A stretch of 64,000 bases of DNA, from the NCBI GenBank assembly GCA_964106645.2, contig OZ067043.1. One strand, written 5' to 3'. The DNA is from Podarcis pityusensis. Lineage: Eukaryota. Positions 24,023 through 37,647 of this stretch are shown here, piece after piece. The number at the start of each line of letters is the position of its first letter. The stretch's first letter is position 1. The notes beneath the pieces are model-generated. The model was not told the DNA's origin and searched no databases. It saw nothing but the letters and a program-made list of their open reading frames with translations. The position numbers were made by a program, and so were the translations under genes.

Positions 24023-25813
24023 GTAAAGTTTTATTCTGATATTTACAAAGCTTGGATAGAAAAGTGAGCCCTTTATAACCGGCAAGACTTGAATATATTT
24101 TATTGTACACACAGTAACTGCTGGAATTAACTATTTTCTATTCTGCAAGACAATCTGGTCTTGAGGGGATATTCCTACATCTTAATTTTCATTCTCTGCT
24201 AAGCAAAACATGGGTGAGCCATGTTGCTCTTACACAGTTGCCATTAACATGCCTTTGAATTTGCACTAGTGCAAAAAAAAAGCCCACCTATGGTGAAGGT
24301 GGTTCAGTGCTTATCTGACATACTTCAGAATCCCATGCATGAATTTGTTAAGAAGGGGGTAAAAGTTTCCACTTTGTCATGGATAAAATCATGTTCTAGT
24401 GCTGGCTGAAATTAGCAACTTGCAGTCTTATACTGGTACTGAGCACTTTCAGGCATAGTATGATTGGGCCAGGGGTTATCTTTGTTAGCAGCTAATTTTG
24501 TCCATGTTAACAAATCACTGTATTTGTAAGTCTGAAAGCATCCACTATTCAACATAAGGTTGCCAGACTGAAAGTCTCTTCTTGCACAGCTAGTGCAGTA
24601 TTGTTAAAAATGAAGTAGAGGCAAATCATCAAGTTTAACTGTGTTTGTCTGTAGTATTCCCAATTCTGGGGTTGCCCCCTGTGCTGATCTGCTAGTCCTT
24701 TTTCTGTGGAACTGAATAACCAGGAATCCACACTGGGTTAGACTTAGTACATTATACATGTTGGGCATGGTGAATCAGGGTGCTGGGCACTTCCCAAAAA
24801 CCTGTATGTGGAACAGATAAAATAGTATGACATCTTCTCACCGTAGTCCAAAATATAAAATTTTGTGTACTACAGGCTACTTTTCAGTCATGTGCTTAAA
24901 TAAAATTTTACTTCCCTGTTGTTGAAGTGCTGTATTCTGCACCATCCACTAGGTATTGGCAAGTTCAGAGTTGTATGATTCATGCTTTAGAGTAGGAGGG
25001 GGATTTTTTTTTGCCTGGGAGGCCAGACCTTTATTTTTGCCCATCCTCACAAGTCAACTTCGGCAGGTAGGTGGGATCACCCACCTCACTATCTGATGCC
25101 ATAATGAAATCTCTATGGAGATGGTGTGTAATAGTTCAGAGGGCTTGTTCTGCCCTGGGTGCAAGGCTTCACAAATGTCCAGCAACCTGCTGATTGTTGT
25201 TAGGAAGCACTGAGCACACAGTTCGGAATGCATTTTGCACAGTGCTTCCCAGGTGCCTAGTAATCAGGCATTTAATTATTATAATAAAATTATTGAGCAT
25301 TTGGGGAGTGCTGTGCAAGTGCTTTCCAAGCTCTGTGCTTTCCCGGGCAAAGAACTTGCAAAGGGTTTTGCACAGCACTTCCAAAGTGCCAGACAGCCAG
25401 CTGGTTAGTATTGATTATGGGAAAAGCTTTTTGTTCAGCGACATAACAATTGTACCATTTTGCAATGCAATAAATTCTTAAAGCCAAATATTTGCACTGC
25501 CCATCACAAAAACATGAACATTTGATCTTTCTACCTTCTACTCTCAAGCTAAAAATCCAGCAGGAAGCCAACATTCTGAGGTCATAGTTTTCTATACATG
25601 CACTGCTTTATAGCTTGACTCTGGGGATGAATTAAAAACCTACCTATATCTTGCTTTGTAACACTGGGTAAAGTTATAAGCTACAGTCTTTTACCTAGGG
25701 GTAAGTTCTATTTAACTCTCTAGGAGTTACTTCTGAATTGTGTATAGGCTTGCACTTACTAGTACCAATGTTCATGCTTTATGATTTTTGAATCTGTAGC
25801 CTTCAAATAACAC

Positions 25814-25841
25814 TATTTATTTATTTATTTATTTATTTATT
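25814..25841. repeat. (TTTA)n microsatellite
   Basis: Direct reading. Confidence 0.9.
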
Positions 25842-25948
25842 GGTTGACTAATTATTTAGAGATTTGGCTTTTGCAGAAAAGTTTCACTGCTATATTAATC
25901 TTGGTTTTAAAATAATTTGCATGTGGTAATAATGATTTTAACACTTAA

Positions 25949-26155
<207 letters not shown>

Positions 26156-26451
26156 TGAACAAAACGCTATTTTGTTTGGGAAGTAGTTTTGTCTTGGAAA
26201 TGGTTTGACATTCTATTACCTGGGAAAAGATGCATTTCTTAGTTAACAGCAGAATGGGGTTGTGTTAAATGGTCTTTGGGTGAAAGGCATAGGGGTAGGT
26301 GTGGGGAACCTGTGGCTCTTCAATTGTTGGACTTCGACGTCAGCTAGTATAACCAATGGGAGTTGTAGCCCAGCAATGTCTGGATGGCCTCATGTTCCCT
26401 ATCCTTGGCACAAGGTGTTTTCAGGGTAGTTCCACCATATTCAGTCTACAC

Positions 26452-26633
26452 CAGTGGTTCCCCATTAGCTAAGTATTACAGATCTCTGTTTTTCAAAAGC
26501 CAATCCATGGACCCTACTATTGAAAATGTTGACATCTCTATGGGAGTTTTTGTTATGTGAATGGTGCCATGGACCATCTGGGTGGATTACATGGACCCCC
26601 TGGGAACCATGGACCACCAATTGGGTACCACTG
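26452..26633. mobile_element. hAT-Charlie-like MITE
   Basis: TIR CAGTGGTTCCC / GGGTACCACTG. Flanks GTCTACAC / ATCTACAT. Confidence 0.7.
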
Positions 26634-27485
26634 ATCTACATTATATGACCACTTCTCTCCATCATGGGTACTCTGTCCTGATTTAGCAGTATACTTTTAT
26701 CCTCCTCTGTTTATTTTGTTATAGGGATGTCATGTGAGGAACTCATGCTGACTAAATGAAGACTCCCCAAGTGCCTGAGAAACTGTGTAATGGTACTTAA
26801 AAGTGCCAGTACCAAGAGGGGAAACAAGCAACTAAGCAAACATTGCTTAGCACCTTTTATATCTTCTATTGCCCCAGTTCAGTTGCCCTAGAATCAGTTC
26901 AGTATGATCCATAGTCATGATCTTTGGCAGGAGCTCAAATAAGAGATGTACAAAGTAGAGGTTTCTATAGTGTATATCAAGTACAAAGTTCATAAGGCTG
27001 TTCATTTGTTTTAAAGTATGTCTAATTTAAGCCAGTTGATTGATTCACTTTTCTTAAATTTATTTTTATTGCATTTTTAAAGTTTTCATCATTATGTAGC
27101 TTACTTATTTAATTCTGAAATTAATAATAGTTTTGGACCAAGGGATGGGGACATAATTTTTTGGACTTGTTGGAAGCTATTTTGTGTGGGCAGCCAGTTT
27201 GACTGCCTAATGCTTGACATACAGGTGTGCTCTGGGGGAAAATATAGTATTTCAGTAAGAGGATTCTGAAGGGGGTGGGGAAATACCTTCAATCAGTTAA
27301 CTTGTTAATGAGTTCCTAGGATGAGTTGTAAAATCCTAAGGAACGGTAAGGAAGCCTGGTTTGGGGAATGAGAGTGAGCAGATTAGCAATGTAATGAGAA
27401 CATTAAAGGTTCTGCTGTCAGTAAGCATACTGGTCATATCTGCACATCATGCTCAATGCAGTGCAGATGAGTTTGCCATGTCATC

Positions 27486-27918
27486 TAGGGTTATCATGGT
27501 CTGAAGAGCAAAAACCCGAACCCATTCGAGACACCCCCACCACCATCCCACATCTCCGTTGCTCGCCCCCTCCCTGCCGCTGACCCCTTTTTTACCCACC
27601 TGCTCCCTCCTTCCCTCCCACCCTCCTTCCCTTCTCTTACCTTTGCTGTCTTTGGCCCCTGCTCAGGAGATGCTGCGTCTCCAGATGATGGGAGGCTAAG
27701 TGGCCGCAAGAAGGCTGTGCCAAGCCTGGCAGCTGCCGGAAACATCACAATGCCAAGTACAACCCTAACACAAATAATACTACTAATAATAATAATGGTC
27801 ATAATAAACCCCCCAAAACCCAGGCACTTCATGTAAAATGCAAAGATCCACCCGGATGGGCGTGCTGCCCCTCCAAAAGAGGACATGTCCAGGAAAACCT
27901 GGACGTATGGCAACACTA
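27486..27918. mobile_element. hAT-like MITE (TAGGGTTGCCA-type termini)
   Basis: TAGGGTTATCAT / ATGGCAACACTA imperfect TIRs with a GC-rich interior. Explains the spurious ORF 27494-27916. Confidence 0.6.
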
Positions 27919-28991
27919 ATTGATTAGTTTAACAGCTTTATAGCCCATTATTTGAAATTAATCCTTGTTACACTGCATTTGTACCTGATGGGAAGCCATA
28001 AACTGTGGCTTACCATGCATGAATGAGTCTGCTTTGTGCACTCACACAGGGGGAAAACAAATTAAGATCCCTGGCTTGGTGTTAAATCTAAACAGGATGG
28101 TAGTTTGTTTGACTCCAACAAACCATAGTTAGTAAGCCAAGGTTGATTCTTGACTTCTGGTTGTAGTTTGGAGTGGAACAGACCATTATTCCCTGTTGGG
28201 AGATAATCCTCAGGCTGTAATAGTGGTTTGTTTTCTCCCAGTGCAAGCAAGGAGGAGTGAAGCAAGTACAATTCACTCATGTGCATGGTAAGTCATGATT
28301 TATGACTTACCGTGAAGTACAAATGCAGCCTTAGTGCAAAACATAGTCAGTAGCCACAGACAACCTGACAAACCACAGTTAACAAACATGGAAGGCAAAA
28401 GCTTCCAAACAACCCCCAACTGCAGGGGGGGAAGAGACTGGAGGGTAGAGCATCCAAACCTGAGACTCACTGTGGCATCTTCTATCAACCATAAACATGG
28501 CCAAGAACTCAGATTTCTTACTGTAATATTTGTTATAAGTGGTAGTAGCAAAATGTGTATCTCTTCAAAGTGCTGCAGTTTTTGGCATGGAGTATTATAC
28601 CACTAATCAGATGTCAGTTTTCATAGAAAAGAACAGTGAAGGTCAGAAGCATTGAATTTTAGTGGAAGACTAGTACGAGCAAGGTTATGTGTGCCAAAAA
28701 TACTGCATACACTCAGTTATGTTAAGAAGCTTATTTTATATTAAGAATAGCCTTGGAAAAATATTTTGGTCAACCAACTACAGTTAAGTTGCATATGATT
28801 GGATAACAATATGAGTTGCATATTATTTTATTGGACATAGATGAAAAATCTATGGTGCAGTTGTTAAGCTTCTTAGGTGATACCCTGAAAGCCTAATCCA
28901 CAAGGTGTGAAAAACCTTAAACTGCTATGTTTATAAATCTTCATAATAACAACCTAAGAAATCATGAGAGTTGAAAAAACACAATGAAGTT

Positions 28992-30211
28992 GCTTTCTGG
29001 CCACGTCACAAGTCAATGGTGGTAGCTCCTCGCTGCCCTCCACAGGCAGTGAGGAGGTTTAGACAGGGAAAAGCCAGGATTTATGAGGCAAAAATCCTGG
29101 CATTGTTCCCTAGTGGGGTCTGGGGAGCTCACTGCATCCTGCTGTGCCGCTCAAGCTTGTGTCTACCAACTTGAAAGGCAGAGCGGGTGTGACCTGGGTG
29201 TGTGTCCCTGCCATGAACGAGCCTGGTTCCTCCAAAATTCGGACAATTGGCATTAATCAAGAGGCGCTCCTGGACTGACATATGCCAATAGACTGCAATC
29301 AGTTAGCTGCCCAAAGGACTGGACTTGACTCTTTGAAGGTTTCTTTGACATTTTATTTGAAGCTTGAGAATCCTTACAACAGCCAGGAAAATAAGGGAGT
29401 GGACAAGGTACTTTGTGCTTTTTATGGTTTTCAAGTGGTCTCCTTTTTCCCTGTCCTCCCATGCATAATGAAAAGGACATGTGTAGCCGCTGCTATGTTA
29501 TTCTGTTTGTTATTTCGGAAAAGAGGGGAAAGGCTTTTGTCTATGCTCAACAAGGAATTTTACAAGGTTTTTACTATGCCCTCCCCCCTCGACCGATGCT
29601 GAATAGACTTTATTTAAAATTATTCATGGACTGTTGTTGGAGAAATGCAGTGGGAGAAAAAATAATGAACTGCTGTCGAACAGATGCGGTAAAGAGGCTG
29701 AATTTGAGAAAAGATCTTGCTTTTAACTGTGTGCTGAGGAAGAACTCCAGAGCGGAATTTTAATGGTGGAGTTTGGATATGCACTTTGTGAGTTATTTAT
29801 GACTGCAGTCTGTAAACAACGGAAGGAATGGAATGTAACTTTGTACCATCCAGATAAACACTGCAAAGAACTGAACAATGGAAGATAGTAATTAACTCAC
29901 CCAGCACACCAGGTCTGGAACAACAATAGATAGGAAGGACCACACAGGTGAAATCCATCATTTATTTATAAGATGTAATGGAGGTGCTATTTGTAAGGTG
30001 AAAGAAGTGGCAAGCTGGAAGAATGGTTTAATGGCAAATGAAGGTTCTCAGCTGGACTTAAATAAGAAATGATTTGGCTATGCGATGAAATGATGATGAT
30101 TGTGAGTTTGGAACAGGAGCAGGAAACCTGATTTTAAGAAATTGTATTAAATTAATTTGGTTTGATTTGTAATAATTTGGAAAATTAATAAAAATAATTT
30201 GGGGGGGAAGG
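28992..30211 (+). mobile_element. ~1.2-kb non-autonomous non-LTR (probably L1-dependent) retroelement with 17-bp TSD
   Basis: AAAAACACAATGAAGTT at 28975-28991 and 30212-30228. GC-rich 5' end, AATAAA near the 3' end, no long ORF. Confidence 0.75.
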
Positions 30212-31328
30212 AAAAACACAATGAAGTTTTCTTCGTGTTTCTTTTTCTCATGTTTTCTGTAACATTTTCAGTTTAACTCTGCAGTCATAAGTTATAAATT
30301 TCAGCATGCTGGCAGGAGTGATGAGATATAAGTCCTAATGGGTTGAGAACTTTGATCCAAATGTGTCACTCCAAACCACTCTTATCTGGTAGCTCAGTTC
30401 CTCCCCAGGCCACCTCCTCCTCTTCCCCTCCCCACCACACCTCTATTGACCCAACTGCACACTCTCCTTGAGTGTTTTTGCCTGGCTAGAATGTGTCCCT
30501 GAATTCTGATAATCTTGCTTCCTTGGATGGAGGATAGAGATGGGTGTGTGAGAGCATGTGTAGAAACTAACCTAATGTACAAAGATAATATGTACATTCA
30601 TTGTTACCATTCTTTCCTCTGGATCCACCAAGCACTAGAAGGGAATGTAGCCCTTGGACTGAAAATATTTCTCTATTCTTTGGTGTAAATCCATTGTTGA
30701 CCTGCAAAAATATTTCTTTGGGGGAAAATTTTCCAACCAGAGCAATGGGATCATCATGTCAAAGGCAATAAATCTTATTCCCCCGCCCCAGTGTCCTTGC
30801 CCCCCACACACCTTAGTTGTTGAAGATTAGATATTATTGTCATTTCATTCTGTAGAAACCCTCCCCACTCTATATGTGTGTATGTGTTGTAATCTGTGCC
30901 TACTGTAAAAACTTTGCTGCTAATTACTAAGATGGAGATCACCCAACCCCTGCTCCAATTGTCATGCCCCTTGTCCTCATCATTACCATTGTCAAGTCCA
31001 ACAGAAGGGATAGTGATCAGTCTCTGTGCTATTTTCTCTCTACATATTCAGAGCAGGAAACATTATAGAGGGAATGATTTTGCTTTTCTTGTGCCTGGGG
31101 GTGTAGATTGTCATGGTATCATTGTATCAAACTACACTAGTGCCTCATCCTGTCTTTGCTCTGCCTTGAAAAGAGCAGGATAGAGTTGAGTCAGAGGACA
31201 ATACATGCAGGCTGACATCTGCTCTCCAGAGGACAGTTGTAGCCACTGTTGACCAGACAGCCTATAGATTACAACATTGGTATAAAATTCATGGAATTAT
31301 TATAATTTCCTGTTTTAATTCTTTTTAG

Positions 31329-31478
<150 letters not shown>

Positions 31479-31636
31479 TAGACTTACTAATTTGAAAACT
31501 TGGTCTGTGCTATTGTGTGCTTCCTATCGTCTGCTTTTGGCAAGCTAGCATATCTGTTCCTTAAAGCTAGTATTATTTAGTGAAGCTGCTGTAAAGATGA
31601 GTATTTAAACTTGGACTGTGCTTTTGGTTCCTAGTT

Positions 31637-31638
<2 letters not shown>

Positions 31639-31668
<30 letters not shown>
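31639..31668. repeat. (GT)n microsatellite
   Basis: Direct reading. Confidence 0.97.
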
Positions 31669-31670
<2 letters not shown>

Positions 31671-31925
31671 GTTGATAAAGGCCAAAAGGGAAAGCTGGAA
31701 CTGACTGCTGCTATAGGACTGTATCAAGGAGGCATAGCTGTGATTGTTGTGTGTGCATGAGTGCATACTCTCTCTTTTGCCCTTTGAATTTATTTATTTC
31801 ATGACATTTATACACTCCTTGATTATAGAAAAAACCTAAAGAGCTTCTGCCTTTAACTAAGGACACAAAATGTACTTGCTTTCAAAGATTTACTTGGGGT
31901 GGAATGGACACTGGAGTCATTGAAA

Positions 31926-31991
31926 CATAGAATTGTTGAGTTGGATGGGACCCCGAGGATCATCTAGTCCAACCCCCTGCAATGCAGGAAT
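31926..31991 (-). mobile_element. CR1-type 3' tail (SINE/LINE fragment)
   Basis: Reverse complement of the 41676-41746 tail. Confidence 0.75.
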
Positions 31992-33687
31992 CTCAACTAA
32001 ATCCCTAAACTCCATTTACCTGGGAATAACATATGAACAGTGAAGAACCTATGTTTGCTTACATTTAAATGACTACGTTACCTTGATGCTTCTTTCTCCA
32101 AATCTCCTTAGTTCAGTCAGTAGTCTGAACTTCAGACTAATCTTGGTTTCTGGGGAAAGTGAGTGAGGATGGATGTAAGCTCAATATCTACTCCTAGTTT
32201 CATTTTAGAGTATGATCTGAGGGTCAAGAAATGGGTGAACAGTCCCAGAAAGATCTGAGTGTAGTATAGTTGCTGGGGCAACTGGCCTATGGGCCTCATT
32301 AGGCTGGCATGGTCTGAGAAGTTGGCCTACCAGGCCATTTTCTTTCTTTCTCAAGCCTGACATCATATATGACATTTGGGGCAGAAATGTTGGCTTTCCT
32401 TCATTAAATTTCTTTCTTGCCTAAGGAGCCCAGGGCGGCAAACAATAAAGTGACCATACAATAGAACAAAAACAACCCCCCACAAAACCATATTTAAAAC
32501 ACTTTAAAGCATTAAGAAAAACGAAAACAAGTTCAAGCTATGGCTAAAAGAAAGAAGAACTCAAACATGTAAAAAAAAAGTCAGCACTTTTTGAATTTGG
32601 CCGTCTTTTCTGCCTTCTTGCACAGTGATAGAAAAAGGTGCAAAATTCCAAAAGTGTTGACTTTTTTTTGATGCAGAGAAAGAATCAGGAACACTCAATT
32701 TCAGACTAGGGATTCAAAGGAACATTTTTCTTTTGGATCTTGGTTTGACCTCAAGCTGGAATTCGAAGGAAAAATCTTTCAGTCGTGATGGAATTTGTAG
32801 TCCAGCAATATATTGTCTACCCTGCTTTAAACTACTGAGATAAACATTATGGATAGCACTAAAGCAAGCTTATATCATGAAAACAAAAAGGGGCAGTTTA
32901 TATATTTATTTATTCAGAAATTTATTTGCCACCCATTATAACAATGTCCTCTGGGTAGTTGATCACAAACACATCTCTCATTCCCATTGCCAATAGCATT
33001 TACTGTTCAATTCAAACATGCAGTTAGGTGGCAAATTCCATGACTTATTTCCATATTAACCTTTTAAAAAAAATCTGTACAACATACTACAGGTTAGGAT
33101 AGTGCAGAGAATCATGCAGAAAGTTTACCCAAGAAAGAACACTTGGTTACTGAAAACATTGCATAATATTTTGCCATTAGAGTTTTGTCTACTAAAGCGT
33201 TTTGTCTACTAAAGCATATTGTCTTGCCCCTTTTGCTCCATTACCTGAGATGGACAGTGCTTTATTGCTTTGGTGATGCTGTGGAATAAAGAACCTTAAG
33301 TTTTCTTTAGAACATTTTGCCCCCACATTTTTCACAGTAAATAATGCAAGTAAGACATTCCTGGTTTAAAGAGATACTCTCATAAAATTTCTTTCTGGGA
33401 CTCTGCTGCAATCTTTTCTTTTCTTTGAGTGCCTCCTGAGGTTCATATTCCAGTCTTGGCAATTTCATCTGAATGTTTTGTGTTTTGTCAGGAATTGCAG
33501 AAGCTTTGACAAATTGTATAACTATAACTAGATACTCCAGGATAATTGTCTCAGGGGGAGTGGAGTACTAAGTAGATTTTGTGCTTCTGACTAGGTGGTT
33601 AATGGCAATTTGTTTCAGACTTTTAAGAAACCTGAATCTAAACAAATCATCAGCTTTCTCAATTTTTCAATACAAACTTGCAAAATA

Positions 33688-33899
33688 CAGCGCTACCTCG
33701 GGTTACAAACACTTCGGGTTACAAGCTCCTCTAACCCGGAAGTAGTACCTCGGCTTAAGAACTCTACCTCAGAACAGAAATTGTGCGCTGGCGGCAGCGG
33801 GAAGCCCCATTAGCTAAAGTGGTACCTCAGGTTAAGAACGGTTTGAGGTTAAGAACAGACCTCCGGAACGAATTAAGTTCGTAACCAGAGATACCACTG
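33688..33899. mobile_element. Tc1/mariner (Tigger-like) MITE
   Basis: TA|CAGCGCTACCTCGGGTTAC ... GTAACCAGAGATACCACTG|TA. Same family as 59475-59683, opposite orientation. Confidence 0.88.
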
Positions 33900-35184
33900 T
33901 AGGTACAAAATAGCTCACATCATTGTTCATCTGTATGTGTTTCAGGACAGCTTGAGTGATTGGTGAAAAGCTATAGGGAAAGACTATAAGACAAGTTATA
34001 AGTATTAACTGAACTTCCATTGTTCTGTTGTCATGTGTTGTGTTCCTCTGTGGCAGTGAAACATCTGGTATATAACTGAATAATTTAAGCTGAAAGAAAT
34101 TGACTTAATTAGTAATTGAGGGCAATGAAATGATTAGTGCTATGGTTGGAGCACAGGTGGCAGAAGTTTTAGAAAGTATCCAACCTAACACAGAGCCCAT
34201 GTTGCAGTGTAAGTGGTGGCAGGGGAAAAACAACCTACTTTTCTGCCACCATTGCATCTGCAAGATTGCCTGGCAGAAGAACTGTCCCAGGTGGAGAGAG
34301 ATGAGAATTGCTACGAGCACTTCTTGTTTAGATTTGTTACATGCCCTGCACTGTCAGGTTACAGTAATACAAAATACAGCGTTAAAACTGCTTAAAGCAA
34401 ATTGCAATCAAAACTAGCATGGCTCCTAGTAATGGATACTTTTCAGTTAATTTTTCCTGCTGACATGGCAGGCAGCTTGACTAGTTGAAGTTTACCACTT
34501 ACATGCTCACTGCTTTCCCATTTGAGGGGATGGGGACAAGGGCTGTGGAGGGAAAGGGGAGTAAGAGAAAATTGCCTCCCAGTGCCCCTTCATGGAAGCC
34601 TCCACTGGATCAAAGAGCTTCTATGAATGGATGCAATTGGAAAAAAACCAATGGCTAAAATTTTTTGATTTGAAAGACAGTTAAATTGACCTTTTAATCT
34701 ACTTCTTCATGATGCCTGATGGGTCCTTATTTTTATATGTTTTATTACAATTACTGTATATGTGTGTTTTAAGTTTTATTTCCTTTCTCTGATTATTTGT
34801 GGGGGGTTATTGAGTTCTTGTTTTTATTTTGATTATGTATCTTGTGCTTTTATATTGTGATTTTATCCTGTGAACTGCCCTGAGACCTGTGGGTATAGGG
34901 CAGTATAGAAATTTAATAAATAACAATTATTATTATTATTTTGGTACTCTGGGTATGCCATTCTGTATTTTAGAGGTGACCAAAGCCTCTAAGAGATGGC
35001 ATAGTTCCTGTACCTATGGAGAAGTCTCTCTTATAAGTCAACTTGATCTGTGTCAAAACTGGATTATTTGGGCAAGCTTTCAAGTATGTTCTAGCTTCTC
35101 ATCTAGACATGCCATGATTTAGTATCTGGATCTGTTCCATGCTGGTTTCTGGTCTGATTTTGGAATTGAAATTCCCTTGGCTAT

Positions 35185-35305
35185 TCTGGTGGATGACCTG
35201 CACCAGAGATGGGCAGAAGGAGTGAAACCCTATTACTTCTCTCGGATCTCTCAGCAACCTTTGATACCATCAACCGTGGTATCCTTCTGAACCTCCTGAA
35301 GTTGA
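35185..35305 (+). mobile_element. L2-clade RT fragment
   Basis: Translates LLLLSDLSATFDTINRGILL (RT motif DLSAAFDT). Confidence 0.7.
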
Positions 35306-35444
35306 TCATAGGCTGAACTAGTGTGATGCATCTGCAATACATGAATACAGTTTTAGACTGAACCAAGTCAGAGATTTCCAAAAAAAATTGCAAGGCACAG
35401 GAAGTAATGGTTACAATTTTATTGTGCAATTGTCAGAGCTCATT

Positions 35445-35740
35445 TAGACTTCTGTTTCTAGCTCTGGGCACCACAGTAAGAAAAACTGATACATTAGAAT
35501 GTGCTTAGAGGATGGCAGCATGTAGGAAAGGTTGAAGGAACTGGGTATGTTTATCCTCCTGAAGAGAAGCCCAAGGAGGGATATGATAGCCCTCTTCAAA
35601 TTTTTGGAGGTCTGTCATGTGGTTGTGGGCAAAATAAAATGTTTTCTGCTTCTCCAGAGGACAAGATTAGAGCTAATGGGTTTAAGTTACAGGAGAGTAG
35701 ATTCATGTGAACATTATGAGAAACTTCTTGACAAGTCAAC
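35445..35740 (+). mobile_element. Decayed CR1 LINE 3' ORF2 fragment
   Basis: RLKELGMF..KR..RRDMIALFKFL motif. Similar to 42820-43000. Confidence 0.8.
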
Positions 35741-35837
35741 AAAAGAATCAGTTACACAAATCAGAGGTGGTAAACCTGAGACCCTCCCATCACCTCTGAC
35801 CATTGGCTCTGCTGGGTTGAGCTGATGAGAGTTATAG

Positions 35838-35973
35838 CAGACCTCCCCAAACTCTGCCCTCCAGATGTTTTGGGACTACAATTCCCATCATCCCTGACCA
35901 CTGGTCCTGTTGGCTAGGGATGATGGGAGTTCTAGTCCCAAAACATCTGGAGGGCTGAGTTTGGGGATGCCTG
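35838..35973. mobile_element. 136-bp palindromic hAT MITE with perfect 8-bp TSD
   Basis: AGTTATAG at 35830-35837 and 35974-35981. Near-complete self-complementarity. Confidence 0.92.
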
Positions 35974-36077
35974 AGTTATAGTTTAGCATCTGGAGAGTCA
36001 TACAATAGTCATCCCTGGCGTAGGGGGTGGTATTTGTTTCCTTATAGGAGGTCTTCAAGCCGAGACTAGCTAGCCAT

Positions 36078-36210
36078 TTGTTGTTGTTGTTTAGTCGTGT
36101 CCGACTCTTCGTGACCCCATGGACCAGAGCACGCCAGGCACTCCTGTCTTCCACTGCCTCCCACAGCTTGGTCAAACTCATGTTTGTAGCTTCGAGAACA
36201 CTGTCCAACC
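36078..36210 (-). mobile_element. BovB (RTE LINE) 3' end
   Basis: Translates DSVLEATNMSLTKLWEAVEDRSAWRALVHGVTKSRTRL followed by a (CAA)n tail. Confidence 0.9.
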
Positions 36211-36704
36211 GTTTGTTAGGGATGCTGTAAATCTGGATGCCCTAGGTCAAACAAGGGGTTGGACTAGATCAGTTTTTGCCAACATGCTGGCTGTGGAGAG
36301 CACTCGGTTGGTGAAGGGCACTAGGTTGGTGAAGTCTGCGCTAAATGGAACCCCTCAAACTCTAATTCTGTAACGGTGATGATGTTATATTATATTATTT
36401 CAGTAGTTTTGCTTTTTCCTAGATAGTCTCAAAGTGGTGATTTGCCAGCTAATGAACAATACAGACCCACCCTCAGTTATCCATCCCTAGTTACTTCCAG
36501 GTTATACTACTGCAGTGCTGTCTCTGTTGGTTTTCCTTTAAATAAAGCCTTGAAAACCTCAATTAGTAAAAAATGCAGTGGCCAGATTGCTAGCTGGGGA
36601 TGAAAGATTGGAGCATATTCCTTACTTCCCATCACCAAATCTGCACTTACAATTGCCAAAAGCAGATTTCAGCTTGCAAGTTCCCCCTTTAAAATAACAA
36701 CATA

Positions 36705-37081
36705 NNNNNNNNNNNNNNNNNNNNNNNNNNNNNNNNNNNNNNNNNNNNNNNNNNNNNNNNNNNNNNNNNNNNNNNNNNNNNNNNNNNNNNNNNNNNNNNN
36801 NNNNNNNNNNNNNNNNNNNNNNNNNNNNNNNNNNNNNNNNNNNNNNNNNNNNNNNNNNNNNNNNNNNNNNNNNNNNNNNNNNNNNNNNNNNNNNNNNNNN
36901 NNNNNNNNNNNNNNNNNNNNNNNNNNNNNNNNNNNNNNNNNNNNNNNNNNNNNNNNNNNNNNNNNNNNNNNNNNNNNNNNNNNNNNNNNNNNNNNNNNNN
37001 NNNNNNNNNNNNNNNNNNNNNNNNNNNNNNNNNNNNNNNNNNNNNNNNNNNNNNNNNNNNNNNNNNNNNNNNNNNNNNNNN
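36705..37081. other. Assembly gap (377 N) in a MIER1 intron
   Basis: Run of N. Flanking exon phases (0/0) and peptide continuity indicate no missing exon. Confidence 1.
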
Positions 37082-37467
37082 GCATTGGTTCTAGCCTTTA
37101 ATGATTTGGGACCAGGTTGCCTCAGGAGCTGTGTTGCTGCACAGTTTGCCAGATATTAAGATTAGCATCAGAAGCCCTTTTTTTGATCCTGGGTGGGGAT
37201 GTGACAGGGCCTTTTTGGTCAGTGGTACTGTGGAATGTCTTCTTTGAGCAGCTCTGCTGTGCCTCTTTTAGTTTTAAAAAACATGTTAAACATCTTTTTT
37301 CAGTGTGCAGCTTATGTATGATTTTAGTCTGTTAATCTGCTTCATTTTTCTTTTCCACTTGGTTTTTAAGGCATCACTTCTTACTGTTATGGGTTATGAT
37401 GCACTGTCAGTTATACCAATTTTATTTTGTATGTTAACTTGTGTAAGTAGGGCAGAAATGATAATAG

Positions 37468-37647
<180 letters not shown>

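Noticed and set aside
33182-33215. Short tandem duplications (17 bp here; others at ~1093, ~8790, ~37861, ~45668, ~51846)
   Set aside because: Ordinary slippage or repair duplications. No spacer-repeat regularity, so not CRISPR-like or any larger array.
36669-37085. Poly-X ORFs here and at 48366-48584
   Set aside because: Artefacts of N gaps.
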